This document shows, piece after piece, positions 37,998 through 48,400 of a DNA stretch of 52,906 nt. Under the pieces are notes generated by a model. It worked only from the letters and a program-made list of their open reading frames with translations. It was not told the origin of the DNA and did not search any database. Source of the stretch: Hydrurus foetidus (taxonomy: Eukaryota); assembly GCA_900617105.1 (NCBI GenBank), contig UYFQ01000029.1:1-52906 (forward strand). The letters run 5' to 3'. The translations under genes and the position numbers were made by a program. Position 1 is the first letter of the stretch; every line of letters begins with the position of its first letter.

Positions 37998-38612
37998 TAC
38001 CTATCGACGAAGACTCCATCCGACATGCTACCCCCTCCATCTTACCCTTCTACAACGCCGCTGTCCGCTTCAGCTGAAGACTGAACACTCAAGACCCCAA
38101 GACTCCGTCATTCCTACTGCCCCCACATCCGACTCTACTACCCCATCAGCGCGCGTCATGACGAAGACTGACCACTCAAGACACCAAGACTCCATCATTC
38201 CTGCTGCCCCCCTCCATCACTTTTCTTCTACCCCATCAAGTGCGACTCAAGAAAACCCTGACAGAGACATAAAGAGCGAGGACCGTGGACCCAGACCCAA
38301 GACCCGATTCCGGAATCAGATAGTATAACAAGTCAGAAAATTATTTTAAGTGTAATCTTTTGCGTGTTACATAAAGTCTTTTTAGAATTGTTTAACTCTA
38401 TGCTCATTCGGATCAGTCAGACCTTATGATACTAATATTACCCTGCATGCAATAAATTATCTAACGTCACAATTAAGGTCAACCCCACCATTACCCTACT
38501 TCCCTACAATATAAAATCATGTTATGATACACCATTTGTGAAGCTTCAAGTAAACGAGCATTTTTGAATTCTATTGCGTTTTCATTCGCGTACACCAACC
38601 CGACGACTCACG

Positions 38613-38623
38613 CCATAGGGGTG
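38613..38623 (+). promoter_or_regulatory. Short PPT of Copia C (ccataggggtg)
   Basis: Directly precedes the 3' LTR; same GGGGTG end as in family B. Confidence 0.7.
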
Positions 38624-38988
38624 TGTCGGAATAACTAATGAGCTAAGTAACCGTATAAGTTATTACGTATGTACATTTGATGACGTTTCGTACGTCGTGT
38701 GCCGTGTGGTGGTCGCTACTCCACCGGTCCAGGTTCCTTTAACCCAGGAACATCAAAAAGATGAAAGTGCACCATGTTTGACTGTGCGGGACAGCGCGAT
38801 CTTTTCGCCTGTCTCCATGAACGATGTAAGCGATGTTGCATCGTTAATTACCTTAATACTCACACCAGCAGAGCTTTTGCCTTGAGCCCGGGAAAGCTGC
38901 TAGCGCACGTGTTGAACTTGCAGAAGGAGCGCGTACCCAGGAAGGATATAGTTTTCCATTCAGTGGAAACTGATCCTTAGTTACGACA
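38624..38988 (+). repeat. Copia C 3' LTR
   Basis: Direct repeat of 32608-32972. Confidence 0.97.
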
Positions 38989-39939
38989 GATACTATCAAG
39001 GGGGTATTCAAGAGAGAGGGGGCACTTCGAACCCTCCCCCTCACTGAGAATTTTCTCACCGCCGCCACACTCGACTCTCAAATACCCAACTTCGATCCTG
39101 AACAGTCTTCCCATTGAATCTGATGTCTCGATGTAGCTTCCTGTCTTTTACAGCTATCAAATAGAACCCCAATTTCTGAAAAGCTTGTTTCCGTGCTGAG
39201 TTTTTTTGATCGAATGTTTGAGGAACCTGAGGATGTGCAGTCTTTCATGTAAGCGCTAGTCAATCTGTTCACTATCTGTTTTCGTCGATTGATTCTGTGA
39301 ACCCCAAGAAATTTTTCTTATTTTGGTGAATTGTGAACGCCTGCTGCAGCAATTCAAAAAGTACATCCTCCAGACTGTCTAGATACCACCATAAAATTTT
39401 CTGCAGCAACGCTCGAGAGACTAATTTTTTTTACCTTCCTGAACATTTCTCGTGATCAGACCTTCACGTGACTGCTTCGATGGCTCTGAAATTCTGGGAA
39501 TACTCAGACTATGCCTGAAGAAACATTTCGCGATTGAAATGAGGACTGACAAATTCATCGCTGGCAGACCCGGCGAATCTATTCTTCGACATATTTTATA
39601 TTTACACTCCGGAATCACGGAGATAATTTATGATAGTATTCTAGATAGTTTGAGAAGGCTTTGTAGACTGGCCGCCGTCAGCAATATACTGTCTAATCAT
39701 GGGATTCTTTTGCTCGAGGCAATACATTGAAAGTTTCCTACCGGTACGGTGAGCTATTCGAATTGGAAGAGTTCTCGGCAAAACATTTAGCCTCCAAATT
39801 TGTCAAGAAACGTAACCATAAGAAGGTGCCAACAGAAAATCAGTGACTGATGTAATTGCCAGATCACATCATGTACTTCCATATCGTAACATTTCCACAA
39901 TATGTACTGTTAAACTAACTGCAGATGTCTGAGATAATA

Positions 39940-40937
39940 TCACCCCCCTTTGCGGGTTACCAGGCGGTCGTATCTCGCACTGCCTCTTCACATGGTGACC
40001 ATGAGGTACTAATGCAATGCATGAACATTGTATCTGCTCAATGTGACTTGTGTGAGTCATAGTATAGTCATGTTAATTCTCATGCACATGCACATACTAT
40101 ACTGCTATTAGCTGTTATTAGGGATGTCGTCACCCCCCTTTGGGGGTTACCAGGGGGTCGTATCTCGCTCTGCCTCCTCACATGGTGACCATGAGGTACT
40201 AATGCAATGCATGAACATTGTATCTGCTCAATGTGACTTGTGTGAGTCATAGTATAGTCATGTTAATTCTCATGCACATGCACATACTATACTGCTATTA
40301 GCTGTTATTAGGGATGTCGTCACCCCCCTTTGGGGGTTACCAGGGGGTCGTATCTCGCTCTGCCTCCTCACATGGTGACCATGAGGTACTAATGCAATGC
40401 ATGAACATTGTATCTGCTCAATGTGACTTGTGTGAGTCATAGTATAGTCATGTTAATTCTCATGCACATGCACATACTATACTGCTATTAGCTGTTATTA
40501 GGGATGTCGTCACCCCCCTTTGGGGGTTACCAGGGGGTCGTATCTCGCTCTGCCTCCTCACATGGTGACCATGAGGTACTAATGCAATGCATGAACATTG
40601 TATCTGCTCAATGTGACTTGTGTGAGTCATAGTATAGTCATGTTAATTCTCATGCACATGCACATACTATACTGCTATTAGCTGTTATTAGGGATGTCGT
40701 CACCCCCCTTTGGGGGTTACCAGGGGGTCGTATCTCGCTCTGCCTCCTCACATGGTGACCATGAGGTACTAATGCAATGCATGAACATTGTATCTGCTCA
40801 ATGTGACTTGTGTGAGTCATAGTATAGTCATGTTAATTCTCATGCACATGCACATACTATACTGCTATTAGCTGTTATTAGGGATGTCGTCACCCCCCTT
40901 TGGGGGTTACCAGGGGGTCGTATCTCGCTCTGCCTCC
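39940..40937. repeat. Tandem array, 190-bp unit, about 5.25 copies
   Basis: caccccc(c/t)tt recurs at 39941, 40131, 40321, 40511, 40701, 40891; units identical except the start of the first. Confidence 0.97.
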
Positions 40938-41968
40938 TTTGGCATGAACATGAATAAATCCATGAATCAGGAATCGATAAAGATATGAAATCGGATTCTC
41001 GTTTAAGGCTAAATTGAGATCAGAATTAAATTCATCTTTTAACGTAACACATGAGTTTTGAAAATAAAGCTGAACTTTTTTAGAATTTAGTATGACATTC
41101 TGTACGAGCTTCACAGGCTCATATGCATTAAATAGTATAAGAACATTAGTAGATAGCGACTGCATCCATATTGCTTGAATTAGTTTGATGAAATCTAAGT
41201 TAGCTTCTTTAGAGTAATACAATCCTTGAGAATGTTCGCGAAATAGAATGCATTCGGCGGGCAAACCTTGCATTAATGCAGTATGTCCGTCAGCTAAACG
41301 AGAATTTTTTTAATAATTTTGAAACGTGGTCACATATTCCGGTCGCAAACGATTTAAATGAAGCAGATTGTAAATTCTATGTCCACAAATATACCCGGTG
41401 ATATCGTATACCTTATGGAGCATAGTAGGAGAAAATTCAAATTCTTCATCGTTTATCCGCTCTTTGATGTAATCAGTAACATGCAGTTTCTTTGTCATAT
41501 GGAACCACTTCCAGAAATTTTTATAGAGGAAATCTTCCAAATAGAAAAAAATTAAACGACTCTGAGCAGAAACGCTGACAGATAGCTCCTCGTTTTGAGG
41601 TTCGTCAAATAGTTGTTGCAAAAGTGGGAAGTTCACAAACTTCTGAACACACAAAATGCGACTAGCATTTCTGTCGTTCTCAAAACTAATCTCATCGCTT
41701 TTCCGGATTTCATACGCTTATCGAGATCACCCACGGTAGAAGATACATGCTTTTTGTAAGATGACCGCAAATTTGATGCCAACTCAAACAGCACTTTCTG
41801 CAAAAATATGCTAGAGGTTTCTTCGGCCAAGAAACGCGTAAAGAAAAGCACGTGCAAGCTTTCACGCTTGAGGAAAAATATTTCGCAGTAAAAGAGATCC
41901 TCTATAGTTTTCTCGTAGATACCTCCGGACTGAAGAAAGCAGTCGGCGTCGAAATCGATTGATTCCAT
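40890..41968 (-). pseudogene. Broken ORF resembling the C-terminal region of P/THAP9-type transposases
   Basis: VYDITGYICG, REHSQGLYYS and LIHGFIHVHAK resemble the YIAGY..GGL..PS..YL.IR pattern; three pieces; no catalytic core recognised. Confidence 0.45.
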
Positions 41969-42199
41969 ATTGAATGAATTGTGCGAACTTGTCGCTGAAA
42001 CAAATCATCACCGTTTACAACAAGGGTCAGCCAACTACTCCAGTCTTCAGTGGGAAAGTACATGAAATGAAGAACGAAGTGAAGAGTTGGCCGCTCACCG
42101 CCGTTTGGGTATTTGTCTTTTGCAATTCCCAGGCGTAACGGGTGTGAGAATTTTTTGGGGTGGAGGAGTGCCCCCTCTCCTTTCTATACCCCCTTGATA

Positions 42200-44086
42200 C
42201 TATGGCGTGCCAAAGGTGTTTTTATTATTTTCACCGTTTTCCCGAGGATCCCGTACTTTTCTTTCTCCGCTCCTACCCTCGCATCTCCAAACTCCAAACC
42301 ATCATACTCCTCTCAACTCATAGCACTGTAGAAAATGCAGCTTCACTCCAGTTGGAAAAGTGAATCAGCAGTTCCTCGAGATGCCTATCATAGCAGCTAT
42401 AGCCGCTACTACTACCTTTGGAAATTTTCATCACGAGAGAAATCAAGCATCCCGAAGACTCATGAAAACAGGAGATTTCACCATCTCCAAACCATACAGA
42501 GTATCTGCGACAGCAGGTAAGACTCTTCTAACGCTTGATTCTTGCTTGAACATGCACAAAAATCTAGCTACTGAACTTTAATACGCCAAAGGCTGACGCC
42601 AAATGTTCCATTCCACCGAAAATTTTTGATGCCATTTTTGTCTAAAAAAATTAGTTCCTCTCTATTTTGCAACTGAGCCGCTCAGCTCAATTCACACGAA
42701 ATTCTGAGTGAAGTAGCAAAGTATATCTGTCATGATGCTTGCAAATTCTTAGCGTCTCATGTATTATGTGGCATTTGCTGTTATAGTTACAAGCGTTCAA
42801 AAACATCACCTCAATATCACCATCACTTTTGCATATATCTCGCGGATTATTGCTCTGCTGATAGAATAGAATATTGTGATCATTACATTACACACTGAAT
42901 AGAATGTCTCGAAGATTTCGCAGTAGAGCATAACAAATTGTAATTAAAAGCATTCTTATCCTGAGAAAAGTGCTCTTTCATGGACAGCTTTTGAAACTCC
43001 TGACTGCTTATGCAAAATGCCGCTTGTGAAACGGCGGTTCAAAGAACCAGTCTAGCTTTTCTTGAGGCTCGAGTGCAAGGGGCAATGGGCTTTTATCTCC
43101 TTGGACAATTCTGGGTCAGCAGCACGCTAAGCACAGAGAAATTGCTGATGTTTCTCTAGTAAATAGGCAGAGATGAAATAGCTCCGATTGCAACATCCTT
43201 TGAACAACTTCAAATAAGTGCACTGCTACCAGCGCTAGGAAACAATTTTATAATTCAGTTTCGCTGACAGCATTCTGCAGAAGCATATAGAAGATTCAAA
43301 AGCTGTCCATGAAAGAGCACTTTTCTCAGGATAAGAATGCTTTTAATTACAATTTGTTATGCTCTACTGCGAAATCTTCGAGACATTCTATTCAGTGTGT
43401 AATGTAATGATCACAATATTCTATTCTATCAGCAGAGCAATAATCCGCGAGATATATGCAAAAGTGATGGTGATATTGAGGTGATGTTTTTGAACGCTTA
43501 TAACTATAACAGCAAATGCCACATAATACATGAGACGCTAAGAATTTGCAAGCATCATGACAGATATACTTTGCTACTTCACTCAGAATTTCGTGTGAAT
43601 TGAGCTGAGCTCAGTTGCAAAATAGAGAGGAACTATTTTTTTAGACAAAAATGGCATCAAAAATTTTCGGTGGAATGGAACATTTGGCGTCAGCCTTTGG
43701 CGTATTAAAGTTCAGTAGCTAGATTTTTGTGCATGTTCAAGCAAGAATCAAGCGTTAGAAGAGTCTTACCTGCTGTCGCAGATACTCTGTATGGTTTGGA
43801 GATGGTGAAATCTCCTGTTTTCATGAGTCTTCGGGATGCTTGATTTCTCTCGTGATGAAAATTTCCAAAGGTAGTAGTAGCGGCTATAGCTGCTATGATA
43901 GGCATCTCGAGGAACTGCTGATTCACTTTTCCAACTGGAGTGAAGCTGCATTTTCTACAGTGCTATGAGTTGAGAGGAGTATGATGGTTTGGAGTTTGGA
44001 GATGCGAGGGTAGGAGCGGAGAAAGAAAAGTACGGGATCCTCGGGAAAACGGTGAAAATAATAAAAACACCTTTGGCACGCCATAG
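42200..44086. mobile_element. Foldback element with about 795-bp near-perfect inverted arms and a 299-bp spacer
   Basis: Arms at 42200-42995 and 43295-44086; termini ctatggcgtgcc / ggcacgccatag; ATA on both flanks; identical 73-aa and 61-aa ORFs on opposite strands. Confidence 0.9.
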
Positions 44087-44726
44087 ATACACACTGTAGT
44101 ATGTTCTATTCCCAAAAGCTTTCCACTACCGTCTGTTCCGAAAACGGTGAAAACACTTTCGTATCTCACTGGTAACTGGTGCAGTTAAAGATGAGTGTCG
44201 AAACCGGACAAAACACCGTACGGGTCTGGTGAAAAGTTCCATCTTTCGATCTCAACTTCATTGTCAACACAGCACAACTCATTATAATACAACTCACTAA
44301 CCAAAGAAGCTGTGAAGTTCTGCGCGAGTGCTCCATCTGCGCCGCAACAGAGGAAATCTGCTCCGCCAATTTTTGTGGTATCCGAGGAAGCTCCGGATTT
44401 TTTATATCCTTGTGAAGAGTTTGTTTGTTGCTTCATGCGGTCGCAACGAAATCAGCCGATAACTCCATCAAGGTAGTGACCAATTTCAAACCAAATCGTG
44501 CAATATGCTCGTCAAATGCTCTTAAAACAGATTCCATGTTGACTCGGATTATGAGACTGAAGCCTAAACTTTCATTTTACTCACAGTGAAAGGCTTCGAG
44601 CATGCGGTTGTAATATTTCGTGGTGCTCTTCCTTGAGGAGTTTCCATTACCTACGATCATCTTTGGTGCGATTTCCCGAGGACATCACAGAAAAAGAGAT
44701 TTGGGCTTCACATCTTGGGATTAAGG

Positions 44727-45234
44727 TGTGAGTCAGACTGTGGAGTGAAGCGAGCTACCTGTTGGCTGCGGAAGCGCAAAGGAAAGACTGGCTGATGGAA
44801 GTGGTCTCAGAAGACGTGTTTACTTACAACGATCAAGTAGTAAAACAACTGGCGATGATATCAGAGAAGACAACCATCAAAGAAGCAAAGCAAAGCATCC
44901 ATTGTGCATGAAATGGTGATCGCCGAAGTGGAAACATATTCAGCGAATATTCAAGTTGGCGATTGAGCAATGGGCGGAACCCTCGCTGCTCATGAAATCG
45001 GATGCTTGGTGGAAACCGGATACCTGGTGGAAATCCGGATGCTTGGTGGTGAAAAACCGGATGCTTGGTGATGGCCCCGAAGGGGGATATCGCTAGAAGA
45101 ACGATGAGCGTATGTACACAACAGTGTATGGCGGTGTTTTGGGTGAGGAAGCGCTACACTACTTGTGACATGTGAATGCTAATCTACAGATGAAACTATG
45201 CTAACAGATCATGCATGAATATGCTGGACTGACA
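44727..45234 (-). repeat. Copia A 3' LTR
   Basis: Direct repeat of 52068-52575; preceded on the minus strand by tacggggag (PPT). Confidence 0.96.
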
Positions 45235-45441
45235 CTCCCCGTAGTGAAGATGTAGCTGAACGTGTTATTGAGAGTATCGAAATGAATGATATGTGTATAT
45301 ATACTCCCCGTACTGAGGATGTACTCCCCGTACGAGAGATTTGGCAAAAAGTGTAAAAAGTTAGTTATAATATATGCGTGCACTCATATAAGATAGTAAA
45401 ATTAGTACGTATGTTAGAAATATGGATATTAAGTATTTATG

Positions 45442-48400
45442 TTATTTAATATTAGTTCGTAAAGACTTGTCAACGAGCCTGTGCGTTAGGTATTCGAAAA
45501 GTGGTAGTGGAACTCTTTTCGTACCTATGTCTGAGTTGTTTTCGCCCGAAGGGATTTTAACAATGACACAGGTACCATCGGCGACTTTGTCCTTAAAGTA
45601 GTTTTCGCTCAGGTCAATGTGACGAAGGTTCTTGGTCATGTGTGTATGATTTGAAGCATCAACACAAGCAGAATTGTCTTCTTCGATGACTGTAGGAGCT
45701 TGTGTCCATCCCATGTGGTTTAGTATGCCCCGGAGGGGAATGACATCGGATTTTAGTGCGTGATTAACTGCCTTGATTTCGGATTCCGCAGTTGATGATG
45801 AGATGCTGCCTTGGTCGGTACTCTTCCAGCAGATGACATTGTCGGCGAGGTAGCCAATGTAGGAGGTCTGGGAGTGACGGTTGTCTTTGTTACCGGCGAG
45901 GTCGGCGTCGCATTGGAACTTCAACTGCAGTAGACTGGTCATCGTAGCGATGTCGGTGGGACCGTCGTGTGTGGTGAATTTCAGTCTATCCATCTTGGCG
46001 TACTTGACATATCGAAGTAAGTGCTTAAGAAACTTGATGTGTCGTGCACCTGGACTGTTACTATATCTGATAGTATGTTGAGAGCGTACATGATTGTGAT
46101 CAATGTGTGTACCATTCCGTACATAAGTTGACCAACTACCCGTCGGTAGGGATACTTATTATACATGTGCCTATCGAGATCGGTAGAGTTGTCCGCCTTG
46201 GACAGACTCTCACCAGAAGGTGGATATGGTAGATGCTCATCGGCGGCGCCAGCAAGGTTGGCCTCCGATACGATGGATGTGATCATGCGTGACTGATCCA
46301 TGTAGTAGTTGAAGTGTTCATCGCATGTAATGCGGATGCCGACGAACTCTTTGGAGGTCGCGTCGGTGACTTCATACTTGTGGGAGTTGAATGTAGCGAT
46401 GAGGAGATCCCATTCGCTAATGAGTGCAAGTGGTCCGAACCATCTGAAGTCGTCTGAGTGTGCTATCAGTATCAGGGGTTGACCTTGGACCCACTTAAAG
46501 AAGAACTTTAAGTCCCACGGTGTGTTTTCGTATCCACATTCGCGTACACATTTGTCGAATTCCTTTGAGAAATTCTGGCCTGCTGGTGGAAAACCGTAGA
46601 GGTTGCCAATGGCTTGAAAGCATGTGCCAAAAGGTGTGGTGTAACCTTGAGGTGTCTTGATGTGAACGGGAAAGTCGGGGTTAGCGAGTGTGATTAAGTA
46701 GGCGCCTACTAAATCTCCTCCCCGCATGGATAATTTGTAGGTTGCGGCTATGACGAGTGCAATCTTGATCGATGACGCATTGACATTACCGCAGTATACT
46801 GCGTAGGGGTCGAAGTCGACCCAGGGTATCATGAGATCACCACGACCTACGAGGCGGGCCTTCTTGGTGCCGTCAGTCTTGATACTGAAGAGCCACATCA
46901 TTGGTACGAGGTGCTGGCCGGTGAAGGGGACAGACCGGAAGCAGTTGTTGACTTCAAACTTAGTGCGCTCAGTGTTGATGGCCTGTTCCCACTCTGGGTA
47001 CTGCATTGCGGTCCAGAAGTCTTTGGGGATGTAGGGATCCTTGATTTGGACTGCTATGTTGTAGTGCAGGACACGGAAGAGGTGAACAGGGAAGCATGTG
47101 GAAGAACTGGTGTAGGTGGACCAGTATATCATGTCATCGTTGACTGAGTGCTCTGTCTCAGGTACAGGGGTTATATAGTCGGGGTCGATAAGGGGTGCAG
47201 GTGAGGGGAGGCCGGGTAGGTCGACTCGCTCAGGCACCACAATAGGGTCATTATCATTATCAGTATAGTAGAGGGACGGGATGAGGGCGAAGGCCTCGTC
47301 GGTAGGGAAGTGTGCATCTGAGTCATGCTTGAAGTTGTTGTGCATGTCGAAGATGACATCCTTACTGACTCGAACAGTACCGTAGGTGTTCTTGGGTAGT
47401 ATTTCTAATACTAAATATTGTGGTATTAGTATAGATGTAAAACTATAACCAACGAACCGAGCACGGTAGGCACGAGGTGACCCAACTTTACTTTTCTGAT
47501 CTTTGGGTGCGTGCTTGACATAGCAGGGTGCCCAGAATGGTCGAAGCATCCTGATGTCCACGTGTTGCCCAGAAGTGAAGTGATACGGAGAAGTACCAAT
47601 ACGCTTGTTAAGGTTAAAGGAATGAGTAACACATGCATAGGACATTGCAAGGTCCCAGAACTTCATTGGCACATGCGGAACAGGGGTTATCATGGCAACG
47701 TTGGTCTTGAGAGCTACAATGCCGACTGCTCGCTCAGCGATGCCGTTGGCATGTTTGTCACGAGGTGCAGTGTGCTCAAGTCGGTATCGGTATCGGGCGC
47801 AAAGCGCAGTAAATTCTTCAGATCGGTAGTTGGCCTCTGGGTCATGCCGGATGAAGCGATCAACCCCAGGGGTATTGTGGTTCCATTGGGGGTTAGGTCG
47901 AAGAAGGCTGCAATGCGGGCACAGAGTTCAGAGGCGGACCGGTCTTTTGTATATACAGGATAGTATTGTCCCGACGCGAGGTCGGTGAGGATGTGAGTGT
48001 AACGGTAGTTACGGAATGATGGAGTCGAGTGGGTATAGGCATCCAAGGAGAACTGCTGGCCGACGAGGGTAGTTGTGTCTCTGTGAATGCGACGATAGTC
48101 TGTGGATGCTTGACGCATTGCGCCATGGGCGCATCCAGGACAGACCGGACGGGAGGTGTGTGCATCTTTGGTGGTGAAGCGAGCATTGAGGGAATGATCG
48201 CGGTGCCATGCCATGCCTGGAAGACCGGGGTGGCCTGTGGCTTGATGCACGTGGTCGTACAGTGAAGCGGGAGTATAGTGTGTGACCAAAAGACTCTCCC
48301 GAGTGGTTGGTCAGTAGGGAGTCTCCACGTAGAGGCCGTCTTGGACGGTTCCACGGGTGACCTCCTTTCCATGCTGAGCTACCAGTGCAATGTAGGGAAG

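Larger units (their letters stand above)
32608..38988 (+). mobile_element. Ty1/Copia family C (CoDi-like), intact and very recent
   Basis: 365-bp LTRs appear identical; GATAC TSD (32603-07, 38989-93); uninterrupted gag and pol ORFs. Confidence 0.97.
38997..42196 (-). mobile_element. P-element-like DNA transposon, non-autonomous
   Basis: TIRs caagggggtattcaagagagagggggcact / agtgccccctctcctttctatacccccttg; 7-bp TSD ATACTAT (38990-96, 42197-203); CA terminus. Confidence 0.75.

Noticed and set aside
39940..40937. CRISPR-like repeat/spacer array
   Set aside because: The intervening blocks are identical to each other, the context is eukaryotic, and no cas genes are present; it is a plain tandem repeat
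42335..43951. Duplicated 61-aa and 73-aa ORFs as a gene pair
   Set aside because: Consequence of the inverted arms; no recognisable motifs
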